Part shown: piece by piece, positions 30,723 through 43,069 of the stretch | How positions within the stretch are numbered: position 1 is the first letter of the stretch | Layout of the letters: each line of letters starts with the position of its first letter | Origin: Candidatus Methylacidiphilales bacterium | GTDB lineage: Bacteria > Pseudomonadota > Gammaproteobacteria > JASGCS01 | Reading direction: 5' to 3' | Assembly (NCBI GenBank): GCA_030054035.1 | Contig: JASGCS010000001.1 | Location: 270,280 to 334,279 of the forward strand | DNA length: 64,000 bases | Notes under the pieces: model-generated | The model's database searches: none | What the model saw: only the letters and a program-made list of their open reading frames with translations | What the model was told of the DNA's origin: nothing | Position numbers and translations under genes: made by a program

Positions 30723-33700
30723 ACAATCGCAAAGGCGGTTGCTTCACGCAAATTAACACCCACAAGTTTTGTAACTCCAGCCTCACTCATAGTCACTCCA
30801 AGTAACTGGTCAGCATTAGCCATAGTTGTTTTATGATGGGTAATAACTAGATGCTGTACGGTTTTAGACATTTCTCTAATTAACACACAAAATCTCTCAA
30901 CATTAACTTCATCTAACGCGGCATCAACTTCATCCATAAGACAAAAAGGAGCCGGGTTTAAAGTAAACATCGATACAACAAAAGCAATAGCAGCTAATGA
31001 TTTTTCACCGCCTGAAAGTAAATGAATGTGGGTAATTTTTTTCCCAGGTGGTTGAATTAATATACTTACTCCGGGGTATTCTAAATCGTCATTTAATTCA
31101 AGTCTGGCACTGCCTCCATTGAACAGCTGATTTGCGATTTTATTAAGATTGATTGACACAGCAGAAAACACTGAATGAAATGATTCGTCTGTTTCTTTAT
31201 TAATTGAATCAATCGTTTCTTGTAGTGTTTTTAATGCATGTATAACATCGTCGCATTGTGTATCTAGTATATTTTTTCTATCGAGCAATTCAGAATATTC
31301 TTCCATTGCTACCATGTTAATAGCACCAAATTGCCCAAGAGATGTTTCTATTTTTTCAATTTCAAGTGTAAGAGTTTCTTCAGTTTGATCAGTTAGCTCT
31401 GGAACTGAGATAGTTATATTTAAAGATGATTTTTGTTCTTCATACTGAGTAATTTGCAATTGAGTTTCTTGTAACAGTAATTGCTTTTCATGTATAAAAG
31501 CTTGCAATGATTCCTTATTTTGTAATAACGTAGCCAACTGTTGTTCAAATATTGCTATCTGATCACAATTGAGTTGAAATAATTTTTGTAAGTCAACACA
31601 GGCTACTTGGATTAAATCATTATCCGTATAATGTTTAATTTTTTCCTCTTCTAATTTTGGAATTTTTTCTTGTAGGGAAATAATAGTATTTGCATTTACA
31701 GATATTCGTTGCTTAGTTTGCGCTAATTGTTGTTCAATCGTTGCGATAAGCGATTTAATTGAATCACATAATAACTGTTCATGTTCCAAATCAGATGATA
31801 TTTTTGAACAAGTTAGGATCTTTTCTTCATGTATATTTCTAGAGTTTTTAATTGTTAAAATAATTGCTTCTTTTTCTTGAAGTAACAATTTTAAATCTTG
31901 GGCTAAAGAAGATCGTTCGTCTTCTTTTTGTTCAATGTCTTTTATATTTTCTAATAATTCATTGCGCTTAGCTTTTAGTAATAAATTTATTTCGGTTAGA
32001 TTTTTTGTAGATGATTCTGAAGTAACTTTATTTTCTGTTACAGTTTTAATTAAAATAAATTGTTCGCTTTTTAATTTATCAAGTCGCAGGCGAATTTCTG
32101 TAATCGCTTTAGTATTAGCCTCAAACTCTTGTTGATAAAAATTTATTTGCCCAGAATTTGAAATTAAATTATTTTGTAAATTTTCCAGTTTATGTTGTAA
32201 ATCCTTAATGGCATTTTCAACAGATTGTCGCTCGCGCGCTCTTTGGATAGGTCCTTGAGGACTGTCTACTGAGTCACGAAGTACATTGATAGAGTTATGT
32301 TGTACCCAAATACTATCTTGGGTAATAACTGATTCATCTGATGGTAATTGATTGATTAATGCTAGAGCACTTTCAAAAGATTGGGTGATATGTATTTTAT
32401 CAAGCAACGTAACTACATGATTAGGAGCCTGAACTTTACTTGATAAACGATTGGTAATATCACCTATGGATTTTTGAAATGCGCCAATCACAAACATAAC
32501 CTCGCCGCATGGAATATCATTTACAGCAGTAGCGATGGTTTGAACATCATTAGAAACAAAAGCATCTAGTTGCTTTGAAAGCACAAGCTCTACGGCACGC
32601 TCCCAAGGCGATTCGACTGTAATATAATTGCTGAATATATCTTGCGTTTCACGAGAATGTGATTGTAGCCAGCTTAAAAGTTGTGACTTGGTGTGATCTT
32701 GGCCTGAAACCTGTAAAGCTTGTAATGAAGCTAGCATAGATGAGAGAGTTAATTTTTCTTCTTGAATTAAAGTTATCTGCGTTTGCATTTCATTACGTTT
32801 TAGTTGTAATTGCGACAACGACTCTTTTAATTGCTCATGGGTTGAAATGAGTATAGTAAGGGCCTCCTCATCAAGCGCTATCTCGTCAGTAAACCGAAAA
32901 TGCTGACTAGCATGGAGTTCTTCCTCGAGTCTATTAACTAGTGCATGTAATTGAGTTGATTTACTCTCCATTTCTTCAATCTGATTTTTAATCAAATCAC
33001 TTTGAAGTAAATTATATTCTAATGATTGATTAAGTTGATTGTAGGTGAGCTGTCTCGCGTCAAATCTTTGTTGCCAATCTTGAAGCATTGATTCGGCTTG
33101 CTCTGTTGACTGCTTTGAGAGCTCCAGTTCTTTAACAATGCTGTCATATTTTGGCTTTAGTAAACTGTGATGACTTATCTTCCCTTCTAGCTTATTATTT
33201 TCCAGTTTTAATTGTTCGGTTAAATCACTGCACTGTTGCTCAAGTATACTTTGTTCTTCTAGATTACTATTACATTGTTCTTTTGAGTATTGTATCTGTA
33301 AATCAATTTGTTTACAAATAGTAACAATAGCTTGGGCCTCAGATTTTTTTACATGTAATTGTTCTTGGGTGTTAGCTAGTGAAGTGCGTTCTTTTGATAG
33401 TTTCAACTCATAATCATGGTATTCACTATTAATCTGCTCCAATTCATGTTTGAGCTGCTTCATTGATTCCAAATGTTCATCTCGGAGCTTGGTGAAAGAA
33501 TTAATTTTGAAATTGCATAAAATAGCTTTTTTTGTAATCTTTTCTTTTTGTAATTTTTGAAATTTAATTGCTTGTTTTGATTGTTTATCTAATTTTGCAA
33601 GTTGGGACCCGAGTTCTTCGCGGATATCTTTTAAGCGGTCCAACTTTTCTTTAGTAAGTGCAATTTTTGCAATTGACTCTTTTTTTCGTTCCTTAAATTT

Positions 33701-34213
33701 AGAAATTCCCGCGGCTTCTTCTAAAAAACTTCTAACATCTTCGGGTTTAGACTCAACTATTCTTGACACCATACCTTGTTGGATTATTGCATAACTCCAA
33801 CTCCCTAGTCCAGTGCCTAATAATAAATCTGTAATATCTTTTTTTCTACATCGCTGGGAGTTCAAGTAGTAACATGATTCACCATTTCGCGATAACTCTC
33901 GTTTAATTGATATATCTTTATACCCTGCATATACACCTTGTAACGAGCCATCACTATTATCAAATATTAACTCTACCGACGCACGATCAGAAGGAGGTCT
34001 AGAATCGGTGCCTGTAAAAATAACATCCTCCATAGAAGTACCTCTAAGACTTTTTGCAGATCCCTCACCTAAAACCCATCGGATTCCGTCAATAATATTT
34101 GATTTTCCGCAACCATTTGGACCAACGATTGCTACAAGCTTTGATGACGCTTCTAGCACGGTTGTATCCGCAAATGATTTAAATCCGGAGTAAATCACCT
34201 TACTCAATCGCAT
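30719..34213 (-). CDS. smc: chromosome segregation protein SMC
   Basis: A 1164-aa protein with N-terminal Walker A GPNGCGKSN, long coiled coils and a hinge, and a C-terminal signature LSGGEKSLAAIAF with Walker B. Confidence 0.93.
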   Translation of the reverse strand: MRLSKVIYSGFKSFADTTVLEASSKLVAIVGPNGCGKSNIIDGIRWVLGEGSAKSLRGTSMEDVIFTGTDSRPPSDRASVELIFDNSDGSLQGVYAGYKDISIKRELSRNGESCYYLNSQRCRKKDITDLLLGTGLGSWSYAIIQQGMVSRIVESKPEDVRSFLEEAAGISKFKERKKESIAKIALTKEKLDRLKDIREELGSQLAKLDKQSKQAIKFQKLQKEKITKKAILCNFKINSFTKLRDEHLESMKQLKHELEQINSEYHDYELKLSKERTSLANTQEQLHVKKSEAQAIVTICKQIDLQIQYSKEQCNSNLEEQSILEQQCSDLTEQLKLENNKLEGKISHHSLLKPKYDSIVKELELSKQSTEQAESMLQDWQQRFDARQLTYNQLNQSLEYNLLQSDLIKNQIEEMESKSTQLHALVNRLEEELHASQHFRFTDEIALDEEALTILISTHEQLKESLSQLQLKRNEMQTQITLIQEEKLTLSSMLASLQALQVSGQDHTKSQLLSWLQSHSRETQDIFSNYITVESPWERAVELVLSKQLDAFVSNDVQTIATAVNDIPCGEVMFVIGAFQKSIGDITNRLSSKVQAPNHVVTLLDKIHITQSFESALALINQLPSDESVITQDSIWVQHNSINVLRDSVDSPQGPIQRARERQSVENAIKDLQHKLENLQNNLISNSGQINFYQQEFEANTKAITEIRLRLDKLKSEQFILIKTVTENKVTSESSTKNLTEINLLLKAKRNELLENIKDIEQKEDERSSLAQDLKLLLQEKEAIILTIKNSRNIHEEKILTCSKISSDLEHEQLLCDSIKSLIATIEQQLAQTKQRISVNANTIISLQEKIPKLEEEKIKHYTDNDLIQVACVDLQKLFQLNCDQIAIFEQQLATLLQNKESLQAFIHEKQLLLQETQLQITQYEEQKSSLNITISVPELTDQTEETLTLEIEKIETSLGQFGAINMVAMEEYSELLDRKNILDTQCDDVIHALKTLQETIDSINKETDESFHSVFSAVSINLNKIANQLFNGGSARLELNDDLEYPGVSILIQPPGKKITHIHLLSGGEKSLAAIAFVVSMFTLNPAPFCLMDEVDAALDEVNVERFCVLIREMSKTVQHLVITHHKTTMANADQLLGVTMSEAGVTKLVGVNLREATAFAIV

Positions 34214-34264
34214 AATGATATATTTTTATTTATTAATTTATTAATAGTACTTTTTTGTTATAAA

Positions 34265-34340
<76 letters not shown>

Positions 34341-34358
34341 AATTGCGCTATTATAACA

Positions 34359-35261
34359 TTAGTTAAGAACCTTATTATTATTTATCAGAGCAATAATTCC
34401 AGCTTTTAGAGATGGGTCTTCTAAGGCTGTTGAAAAAGTAGCTTGCAGATAACCTAGTTTTGAACCACAATCAAATCTTTGGGCGGCTATATCAAAAGCG
34501 GTAACCGGCATAACTTTTTTTTGAATCATATGTGCAATTGCGTCAGTTAACTGAATTTCACCTTGCGATCCAGGTTTTGCACCCTGTAAAAACTCAAATA
34601 ACTTACCATGCAGAATATAGCGACCTATTATTGCTTGTGTTGAAGGGGAGTCTTTTGGTTCTGGTTTTTCTACAACTAATTCACAATTTAATAATCTATC
34701 TCCTAAATTTTTTCCACTAACCATGCCATATTTTCTTGAATCTTCTATGGCAATCTGTTCAGTAGCAATCACCATACCTGGATGATCATTTACTATCGAA
34801 ACCATAGAAGTTAATGTGTTTTGGATCCTTTTATTATGTAGCAAATAATCATCGGCTAATAAAACTGCAAAATACTCATCTGGAGAAATTAAAGCTCTTG
34901 CAGTTAGTATGGCGTCTCCTAAACCTTTTGGCTTACTTTGCCTAGTGTAAATAAAATGACTGTCCTTTGGAATTGTAGCTCTTAATTTCTCCAACAAATC
35001 TATTTTACCCGTTCGATCTAACTCAAGTTCTAATTCAAGTTGATCGTCAAAGTGATCTTCAATTGCTCTTTTAGACCTACCAGTGATAAAAATAAACTCT
35101 CTTATCCCAGCAAGATACGCCTCCTCCACCGCATACTGAACAAGAGGCTTGTCAATAATTGGTAACATTTCTTTAGGGGTTGCTTTAGTGGCGGGTAAAA
35201 ATCTTGTTCCAAAACCAGCCACAGGAAAAAGAGCTTTTTTAACAACTATTGATTGGCTCAT
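34359..35261 (-). CDS. galU: UTP--glucose-1-phosphate uridylyltransferase
   Basis: KALFPVAGFGTRFLPATKATPKEMLP is the GalU N-terminal signature. Confidence 0.92.
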   Translation of the reverse strand: MSQSIVVKKALFPVAGFGTRFLPATKATPKEMLPIIDKPLVQYAVEEAYLAGIREFIFITGRSKRAIEDHFDDQLELELELDRTGKIDLLEKLRATIPKDSHFIYTRQSKPKGLGDAILTARALISPDEYFAVLLADDYLLHNKRIQNTLTSMVSIVNDHPGMVIATEQIAIEDSRKYGMVSGKNLGDRLLNCELVVEKPEPKDSPSTQAIIGRYILHGKLFEFLQGAKPGSQGEIQLTDAIAHMIQKKVMPVTAFDIAAQRFDCGSKLGYLQATFSTALEDPSLKAGIIALINNNKVLN

Positions 35262-35301
35262 ATCATTATTTGTGTTATTATAATACAGATTTTAATTTGA
35301 T

Positions 35302-35625
35302 ATGGCGTTTATAGTAACAGAGTCTTGTATTAACTGTAAATATACAGATTGTGTAGAAGTGTGTCCAGTGGATTGCTTCCATGAAGGTAACAACATACTG
35401 GTAATCAATCCAGATGAATGCATTGATTGCGCGCTATGCGTACCAGAGTGTCCAGTAGAAGCAATTGTAGCTGATGAAGACATTTCAAGCTCACAACTAG
35501 AGTTTATTGAAATTAATAAAAACCTATCTAAAACTTTACCTGTCATAACTAAAAAGAAACCAGCGCCACTAGATGCTGACGCATGGAAGACAATTAAAGA
35601 CAAAAGAAAATTACTTGAGTTATAA
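35302..35625 (+). CDS. fdxA: 7Fe ferredoxin (FdxA type)
   Basis: CxxCxxCxxxCP and CxxCxxCxxxCP cluster motifs are present. 107 aa. Confidence 0.9.
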   Translation: MAFIVTESCINCKYTDCVEVCPVDCFHEGNNILVINPDECIDCALCVPECPVEAIVADEDISSSQLEFIEINKNLSKTLPVITKKKPAPLDADAWKTIKDKRKLLEL

Positions 35626-38044
35626 AAAAATTAATGCGCCAGTTCAATCGCATTTCATTGAATTAGTTGCTGATGAAATTTTAAAAGCAACATCCACTGT
35701 TGATACTGTAGTAAATTTTAACTCGATATTAATACTAAGTGAACATGGTAATTTAAATCATGCGTTAGCAAAGGAAATACATAGAAAAAGCGCAGTTAAA
35801 ATAATCAATGGCTATAATCCAATCAGCCTAGATACTTGGATAAGCCTACAACTTTCAGAAATAGAAAATATAATACCTAATCATATTTCAAAACTATTAC
35901 TCGCAAATTTATTAACTAATTATAAATCAGTATTAGCTAACAACGATCCATTAACTGTTGCTGATTCGTTGCTATATTTTTTTAACCAGATAACAATATC
36001 AAATTATTCAGAACATACATTATTTCAACAATTCATAGATAAAGAAATAGCAAATGGTAGCGCACAAGAAACTAAATTAATATTTATACTTTGGGATATG
36101 TGGAATATATATCTAAAAGCTAATAATATAATCACTCTTGAACGCGCACTTCAGTCACATAAAGACCACCTCATTAATAAATTTGATAATTATAAAACGA
36201 TTTTTATTATTGGATATCCATTATTACACGCATATCATGCAAATTTAATCGAGATAGTAAGCAAGAAATCGGTAATAACTCATTTTGATATTGACTGGAA
36301 TAATGAATCTAACTTGAATAATTATGGGTGGTTTACAACATGCCTAGACCCTTCTATTTCACTACAAAAGAAAATTAAACTTAATGAAGATACCTATTCA
36401 CAAGCAACAAACCATTGCTACTTTAATTTTTTTGATGAGAAAGAAACTATGATCCAAAGTTGTATTAATTCAATTATTGAATTAATAAATAACTCAGATA
36501 ATCCGATTGCTATTTTGTGTGATGACAGAAAGTTATTTAGAAGATTGAGAGCGCGATTATTTGAAAGCGAAATCACAGTTATTGATCCATCGGGTTGGCC
36601 TATTTCTACTCTACCAACTGGTACTTTGTGTCATGACACCCTAGTGGAGATGCTTATGCAACATAATCCAAAAGAGAGCTACTCGTTCTCTAATTTAATT
36701 ACTAAACTAATTACGCAGTTGCAACTAAACATTAGTATAATCAAAGATGAGTCAATAAATGTACTATTAATAAATTTATTACAATTAAATCCACATCTCA
36801 ATCAATTTCAAATTACTGGTTCAATAGAACAATTTACACTCTGGATCCATTCGATACTTGAGCAGACGTTATATAAATTTGCAAGCACAAGATATGTGAA
36901 TGTGTTAGCGTCAAAATACAGTTCAATTGCCTATCTAGAGAACCATCATATTCTTTTACTTGGTATTCGCAACATCTATAGTCCAAAAATATCATTTACT
37001 AATATTTTTCTTAATGAAGCAACACGTAATCAATTGCATATTGCTACTGATGCAATTTTATATAATCAACAAATTAATTACTTGAAGAGAATTTTATCTG
37101 TGTCTCAAACAGTTAATTTTTATAATGTGCAACAAGGCGAAAACGATGAGCATGCGCTATTTGATCAGGGTCGTATTTTACTAGATTGTTTAGATAAAAA
37201 TAATATTAATAATTTCATACGAGACGGTAATCAAATAAACAGTATCCAAACTAATAATACAAAACAAATTGCTCTCCCTGCCCACGCTCCTTTACCAAAC
37301 ATATTAACAGTAAGCGATTTAACCATGTTATTAACTTGCAGTGCGCAGTTTTATTTTAATAAAACCTTAGATTGTGAAAGAGTTATAGACACCGAAGAAG
37401 TTCAGAATAAAATCACTTTTGGTTTATCATTTCATGATGCGTTACGAATATTTCATCAAACGAGAGACTTGGTGTCAATACTGCATACTGTTCACACACA
37501 AAACGATCGAAGAAATTACATATTTAAACTATTGCTAAAATCTTGGCGCTGCTCTAACAATAATTTGCAATCAACATATAGCAATTATCTTTGGAAAGAA
37601 TTTGCAGCAAACTACGCTTGTGAAATCTCTGAATTAGGAGACCAGCTACAATCAATTTCAAGTGAGCAAACAATAAGCCTTAGATTTGGAAATATCACTA
37701 TTAAAGGGGTTATTGATGTTTTATTTACATTGAAGGACAATTGTTTATGGCTAGGAGAATTTAAAAGTGGAATAACTCCAAGCGAGCATGAATTGCTGCA
37801 TTTAAAAAAACCACAGCTACTTATTTATGGCTACTTACTTGAACAGAAGCCAAGTAAGTATGTGATGTTTGGGATAAACAAAACACTTTCAATAGACGCT
37901 GTTAAAACTGTCGATTCAATGAAGGAATTACACAGCAATTTGACTGCTGTAAGAGAAAATACGGCTTATAGAGTAGTTCGTGTCTCAAACCAAAAAATTT
38001 GCAATAATTGTTCTGTGCGAACTACTTGTAAACCAACTATTTAA
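35615..38044 (+). CDS. PD-(D/E)XK nuclease-family protein with C-terminal Cys4 iron-staple motif (AddB/Cas4-like nuclease domain; no recognisable helicase ATPase motifs)
   Basis: The C-terminus carries GVIDVLF…LGEFKSG (D…EXK nuclease motifs), an LIYGYLL Tyr motif, a [10 protein letters not shown] (CX2CX5C) motif and an upstream Cys (YACEI). The start is uncertain: probably TTG near 35615, since the ORF-track start at 35573 overlaps fdxA. Confidence 0.6.
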   Translation: MSYKKINAPVQSHFIELVADEILKATSTVDTVVNFNSILILSEHGNLNHALAKEIHRKSAVKIINGYNPISLDTWISLQLSEIENIIPNHISKLLLANLLTNYKSVLANNDPLTVADSLLYFFNQITISNYSEHTLFQQFIDKEIANGSAQETKLIFILWDMWNIYLKANNIITLERALQSHKDHLINKFDNYKTIFIIGYPLLHAYHANLIEIVSKKSVITHFDIDWNNESNLNNYGWFTTCLDPSISLQKKIKLNEDTYSQATNHCYFNFFDEKETMIQSCINSIIELINNSDNPIAILCDDRKLFRRLRARLFESEITVIDPSGWPISTLPTGTLCHDTLVEMLMQHNPKESYSFSNLITKLITQLQLNISIIKDESINVLLINLLQLNPHLNQFQITGSIEQFTLWIHSILEQTLYKFASTRYVNVLASKYSSIAYLENHHILLLGIRNIYSPKISFTNIFLNEATRNQLHIATDAILYNQQINYLKRILSVSQTVNFYNVQQGENDEHALFDQGRILLDCLDKNNINNFIRDGNQINSIQTNNTKQIALPAHAPLPNILTVSDLTMLLTCSAQFYFNKTLDCERVIDTEEVQNKITFGLSFHDALRIFHQTRDLVSILHTVHTQNDRRNYIFKLLLKSWRCSNNNLQSTYSNYLWKEFAANYACEISELGDQLQSISSEQTISLRFGNITIKGVIDVLFTLKDNCLWLGEFKSGITPSEHELLHLKKPQLLIYGYLLEQKPSKYVMFGINKTLSIDAVKTVDSMKELHSNLTAVRENTAYRVVRVSNQKICNNCSVRTTCKPTI

Positions 38045-40134
38045 GGATTTTCTGTAACATCTCGCATTGATAAACGCACTCTACCCTGTTTATCAATTTC
38101 TAAAACTTTAACTTTGACTTTATCACCAGTTTTTAACACATCATTCAAATTTTCAATTCTTTCTTCAGAAACTTGTGAGATATGAACCAAACCATCTTTT
38201 CCAGGCACTACAGAAACAAAAGCGCCATATTCCATAATCCTTGCAACTGTCCCATCATAGACTTTACCAACTTCGAGGTCTGAGGCTATGGCTAAAATTC
38301 TTCTTTTCGCTTCCTCGCCTGCGATTTTATCAACAGAAGCTATATGAACTGTACCGTTATCTTCGACATTTATATCAACTCCAGTTTCCTCGGTAATACT
38401 TCTAATGGTAACTCCGCCTTTACCAATAATGTCTCTAATTTTATCAGGGTTAATTTTTATCGTTATGAATCTTGGGGCGTATTCGGAAACATCTTCTCTA
38501 GGTTTACTTATACTAGAATTCATTATATTTAAAATGTGAATTCTTCCTTTTCTTGCTTGTTCTAGTGCTGCCGATAAAATTTCAAAGGTAATACCATTTA
38601 TCTTAATGTCCATTTGTAATGCGGTAATTCCTTGTTCTGTTCCGGCAACTTTAAAGTCCATATCACCTAAATGATCCTCATCACCAAGAATATCACTTAA
38701 TACTGCAAATGAATCACCCTCTTTAATCAAACCCATTGCAATCCCAGCAACGGGACTGGTTATCGTCACCCCTGCATCTAATAGTGATAGTGTAGCCCCA
38801 CATACAGTTGCCATTGAGCTGGAGCCATTTGATTCCAGTATATCTGACACCACGCGAACTGTATAAGGACATGAATCAGGATCTGGCATAACAGCAGCTA
38901 GGGCACGCTTTGCTAATTTACCATGGCCGATTTCTCTTCTTCCAGGACCCATCATTTTTCCAATTTCACCAGTAGAAAAAGGAGGGAAATTGTAATGCAA
39001 AAGAAATCTGTCTTTTATTTGCCCCTCTAACGCATCTATTGACTGTGCGTCATGTTCGGTACCAAGCGTCGTCGCAACTAAGGCTTGGGTTTCACCTCTA
39101 GTAAAAAGAGCTGAGCCATGAACCCGAGGAAGTAATCCTACTCGTATTGAAATAGGCCTTATCTCGTCAAGCTTTCTACCATCAATTCTAATTTTATCAG
39201 TTAGCGCCTTTGATCTAATATAGGTATACTCTAAATTTGAAATTATTGTCAATATTTGTTGATTGCTCACTGGAAAGGAAAAATTCTGTAATTGTATAGC
39301 GGCAACAGTCTCTAAGCGTAATTGTGCAAGTTTTTTTTGTCGTTCCTGTTTATCAAGCAATGCATAGGCAGCTACGATTTTATCCATGGAGATTGATTCA
39401 ACAGCATTACAGAGTTCTTGTGGCTCATCACTCTTATTCCAAGAAAATAGGGGTATTTCTACTGGAGAAATTGCAGATTCTAAAGCCCTGACAAAACTGT
39501 TAATTTCTGAATGGGCGAAAAGTAACGCTTCGATCATCTCCTTTTCACTTAATTCTTTAACTTGTGATTCGACCATCAAAATAGCGTCTTTAGTTCCTGC
39601 AACAACTAAATCAAGCTTTGATTTTAATAATTCAGTACGAGTTGGATTCACCACAAACCCACCTTCAATATAGCCAACTCTAACTGCTCCGAGTAGCGCA
39701 GAAATAGGCAACCCTGATATAGAACAAACCACTGAAGAAGCAAGCATCGCAACAATATCAGGATCAATTTCAGGGTTTAATGAAACAACATTGCAAATTA
39801 TTTGAACTTCATTATAAAATCCCTCAGGAAAAAGAGGTCTAATTGGTCGATCTATTAATCTGCTCGTTAGAACTTCTTTTTCACTTGGCTTGCTCTCTCT
39901 TCTAAAATAACCGCCAGGTATTTTTCCACCTGCATAGGCTCGTTCTTGATAGTGCACTGAAAGAGGAAGAAAATTTTGTTCAGATGACACATGATGGTTA
40001 GCAACTATTGTTGCCAGAACCACGGTATCATCAATATTTACCAACGCAGAAGCTGTGGCTTGACGAGCCATTTCACCGATTTCAATTTTGGCTTGACGAT
40101 TACCGATTTGTATACTAAAGGAATGTTTTTTCAT
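38041..40134 (-). CDS. pnp: polyribonucleotide nucleotidyltransferase (PNPase)
   Basis: 697 aa, with two RNase PH domains, a KH domain and a C-terminal S1 domain. rpsO lies directly upstream. Confidence 0.97.
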   Translation of the reverse strand: MKKHSFSIQIGNRQAKIEIGEMARQATASALVNIDDTVVLATIVANHHVSSEQNFLPLSVHYQERAYAGGKIPGGYFRRESKPSEKEVLTSRLIDRPIRPLFPEGFYNEVQIICNVVSLNPEIDPDIVAMLASSVVCSISGLPISALLGAVRVGYIEGGFVVNPTRTELLKSKLDLVVAGTKDAILMVESQVKELSEKEMIEALLFAHSEINSFVRALESAISPVEIPLFSWNKSDEPQELCNAVESISMDKIVAAYALLDKQERQKKLAQLRLETVAAIQLQNFSFPVSNQQILTIISNLEYTYIRSKALTDKIRIDGRKLDEIRPISIRVGLLPRVHGSALFTRGETQALVATTLGTEHDAQSIDALEGQIKDRFLLHYNFPPFSTGEIGKMMGPGRREIGHGKLAKRALAAVMPDPDSCPYTVRVVSDILESNGSSSMATVCGATLSLLDAGVTITSPVAGIAMGLIKEGDSFAVLSDILGDEDHLGDMDFKVAGTEQGITALQMDIKINGITFEILSAALEQARKGRIHILNIMNSSISKPREDVSEYAPRFITIKINPDKIRDIIGKGGVTIRSITEETGVDINVEDNGTVHIASVDKIAGEEAKRRILAIASDLEVGKVYDGTVARIMEYGAFVSVVPGKDGLVHISQVSEERIENLNDVLKTGDKVKVKVLEIDKQGRVRLSMRDVTENP

Positions 40135-40189
40135 AGAATAATAATAAAAATTAAATTGTTAAAGGGATGGAAAACGACAATATTGCCAG

Positions 40190-40450
40190 TTAACCACGAA
40201 TTTGTAGTTTTTTCACAATACTGGTAAAACGTACATGGTCGGCGCGTTTTAAATATTTTAAAAGTTTCTTTCTTCTTTGAATTAATTTAAAAAGACCATT
40301 TTTTGAATGGTTGTCTTTGGGGTGTTTTTCAAAATGAGAGACTAGGCTTTTGATATGCTCACTACAAATTGCAATTTGCACTTCAGAAAGACCTGTATTT
40401 TTAGAATTACCAGAATATTCTTTTACTAATGATTCCTTTGAAAATTGCAT
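40190..40450 (-). CDS. rpsO: 30S ribosomal protein S15
   Basis: 86 aa, with the conserved GLSEVQIA…HFEKHPKDNHSKNGL…RRKKLLKYL S15 pattern. Confidence 0.93.
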   Translation of the reverse strand: MQFSKESLVKEYSGNSKNTGLSEVQIAICSEHIKSLVSHFEKHPKDNHSKNGLFKLIQRRKKLLKYLKRADHVRFTSIVKKLQIRG

Positions 40451-40544
40451 ATTTTCTCTTCCTCTCTATGTTCATGTAAGCTTTTTATCTCAGTAATTAT
40501 ACCACAATTATAAGTAGGTATACTTAAGTATAATATGCAAGATC

Positions 40545-41354
40545 ATGGAGTCTTTTCCTAAAGTTTTCAACCCCACAAACTATGCGATTATTACTGTTAC
40601 TGGAAAAGACAGTGGATCATTTTTATTTAAACTTATTGCTGGAAATACACCGAATCTTGATCTGCAGGTAGCGTTTGTGGTTTTTCTCAATCATCAAGGC
40701 AGAATCTTTAATTTTGGACATATAATTAAAATCAACAGTGAAGAGTACCGATTACTGATTCCATATGACACTTTAGAGCTCTTTGTTTCCTATTTGAACA
40801 AAATGAAATTTAGATCTCATGTGTCGATAACTTCAACAAAAGCAAATATTTTAATTTTAAATGAGCAAGAAGCATCAATACATCAAGTTGCCACTTCAAA
40901 AGATAATGAGGTTGAGATTCGCGACTATGGATTATTGTTTACATTTGGAATGAACATAGGGCATTGTATACTTTTCAATAATGAAAAAGAGTTTTCACTT
41001 TGGTTAGCCGATCAAAAACTTGCCGAATTTATAAACACAACTGTAGCATTTAATGCTTGGTGTATCTACAATTCATTTCCAGTGTTTTCAACTGAAATGA
41101 TCAATACCTTTCTAGCATTGAGAATATTACCAGAGGAAATCAAAAATAAAGCAATCTCACTAAAAAAGGGGTGTTATCCTGGACAAGAAATAATAGCAAG
41201 GACTACTTATTTGGGATCAAATAAGTACTCATTAATTACTCTTGCATCTAAAAATTTAATAGATAGCAATTTAGATATTTTAATTAATTCAGTAAATTTC
41301 AAAGAAACAGACTATATTTTAGTGGCAAGAAAAATTAAGGAATTAGATTCTTAA
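40545..41354 (+). CDS. ygfZ: folate-binding Fe-S cluster repair / tRNA-modifying protein YgfZ family (GcvT-like)
   Basis: The C-terminal [18 protein letters not shown] matches the YgfZ signature KGCYxGQE. 269 aa. Confidence 0.75.
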   Translation: MESFPKVFNPTNYAIITVTGKDSGSFLFKLIAGNTPNLDLQVAFVVFLNHQGRIFNFGHIIKINSEEYRLLIPYDTLELFVSYLNKMKFRSHVSITSTKANILILNEQEASIHQVATSKDNEVEIRDYGLLFTFGMNIGHCILFNNEKEFSLWLADQKLAEFINTTVAFNAWCIYNSFPVFSTEMINTFLALRILPEEIKNKAISLKKGCYPGQEIIARTTYLGSNKYSLITLASKNLIDSNLDILINSVNFKETDYILVARKIKELDS

Positions 41355-42312
41355 CAATATCTCGCTCTTCAAGCAACTCTTTCTCAGTTGCTTTTATACG
41401 CTCTGCTTGGAAATCATCAATGGAGAGATTTTTAATAATTTTAACTTTTCCTTTATTTATTTTAATTGGAAATGAAAAATAAATATCATTTGCAACTCTG
41501 TAAGCGTTACCATTACTTAACACTCCCATACTCACCCATTGTGAATCACCAAACACCCAACTTTTCATGTGATCAATAGCAGCACTGGCCGCTGAAGCCG
41601 CGCTTGACGCCCCTCTTGCTTTAATAATAGCTGCGCCTCGTTGTTGAATTTCAGGAATAAATGTATTTTTGACCCAAGAGCTATCTAAGATTGTTTTTAA
41701 TTTTTTTGTTTTATAAAGGCCATATGTAGTGTCAGGAAATTGAGTGGCTGAGTGATTACCCCAAACTACTACTTGCTTTAAATCAGTTGCTCTACATCCT
41801 ATTTTTTGGGCAATGCTGGCATAGGCTCTATTTTGATCCAAGCGCATCATTGAAGAAAAATTATCATGCTTTAATTTTGGAGCATTTGCCATAGCAATTA
41901 AGGTGTTGGTGTTTGCGGGATTTCCAACCACTAGTATTTTTACATTTTTTTTAGCAACCGAACTCAAGGCCTTGCCCTGAACTTTAAATATATTAGAATT
42001 TTCAATCAGTAAATCATTTCTCTCCATCCCAGGACCTCGAGGTTTGGCTCCAACTAAAAACACTATTTCCGCATCGGCAAAGGCAATTTCAGGATTATCT
42101 GAAACAGTAACACCTTGCAAAGTTGGGAAAGCACAATCCTCCAACTCCATAACAAGACCTTTAACTTTATCCACAACTTGAGGCACTTCCAGTAAGCTGA
42201 GTTGTACAAGTTGTTTTTTTCCAAATAATTCACCACTTGCAATTCTAAAAACCAGCGCGTATGCAATATTTCCGGCAGCGCCGGTGACTACTATTTTAAT
42301 TGGTTTTTTCAT
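41335..42312 (-). CDS. mdh: malate dehydrogenase (LDH-like MDH family)
   Basis: The N-terminus [16 protein letters not shown] is a Rossmann motif. 325 aa. Confidence 0.9.
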   Translation of the reverse strand: MKKPIKIVVTGAAGNIAYALVFRIASGELFGKKQLVQLSLLEVPQVVDKVKGLVMELEDCAFPTLQGVTVSDNPEIAFADAEIVFLVGAKPRGPGMERNDLLIENSNIFKVQGKALSSVAKKNVKILVVGNPANTNTLIAMANAPKLKHDNFSSMMRLDQNRAYASIAQKIGCRATDLKQVVVWGNHSATQFPDTTYGLYKTKKLKTILDSSWVKNTFIPEIQQRGAAIIKARGASSAASAASAAIDHMKSWVFGDSQWVSMGVLSNGNAYRVANDIYFSFPIKINKGKVKIIKNLSIDDFQAERIKATEKELLEERDIVKNLIP

Positions 42313-42323
42313 ATTGTGTCTCC

Positions 42324-43067
42324 TTATTGTTTTTTTATTTTACTATATTTAAATCTTTCAAAATCTTCAATAGTGTCTATACCACCATCTAACTCATCGT
42401 GATAAAAAGATATTTCAATAAAATCTCTATACCATAGCGACCTCAATTGTTCTAACATTTCTGCTTGTTCAAGATAGGATGGATGATACGATAAGAATTT
42501 GCGTAAGTATGATACCTGATAACAATATATACCGAGATGCTGCCAATATTGGATTGAGCATTGTGTATTTCTTACATAGGGTATAGGATGCCGGCTAAAA
42601 TAAATTGCTCTATTATTAACATCAGTAATAACTTTAACTACATTAGGGTTATTTAATTTTGTATGATCAAAAATTGGTGCAGCAGCAGAACTCACTTGAA
42701 TTGACTGCTTTTTTTTAATCATATTTTGGGCTACTAATTCAATAACCGTACTTGGTAAATGAGGTTCGTCACCTTGAACATTGACTACTATTTCATCATC
42801 TTTAAGTTCCAATAAACTACAGGTAAAGGCGACTCTTTCTGTGCCGCTTTGCAGAGAAGATGGTGTCATAACACATACTGCTCCAAAAGATTTTACGACT
42901 TGTTCAATTTCTTCATGATCAGTGGCAATAATTATATTGTTTGCAGTAGTTTGTTGGCACTGTTCATAAACATACTGTAATAATGTTTTACCATTAACCG
43001 TTAATAAAAGTTTTTTTTCTAATCTCGTAGACGAATACCGAGCTGGAATTATAATAGTAAATGACAT
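42324..43067 (-). CDS. kdsB: 3-deoxy-manno-octulosonate cytidylyltransferase
   Basis: [19 protein letters not shown] matches the KdsB N-terminus. 247 aa. Confidence 0.9.
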   Translation of the reverse strand: MSFTIIIPARYSSTRLEKKLLLTVNGKTLLQYVYEQCQQTTANNIIIATDHEEIEQVVKSFGAVCVMTPSSLQSGTERVAFTCSLLELKDDEIVVNVQGDEPHLPSTVIELVAQNMIKKKQSIQVSSAAAPIFDHTKLNNPNVVKVITDVNNRAIYFSRHPIPYVRNTQCSIQYWQHLGIYCYQVSYLRKFLSYHPSYLEQAEMLEQLRSLWYRDFIEISFYHDELDGGIDTIEDFERFKYSKIKKQ

Positions 43068-43069
43068 GC

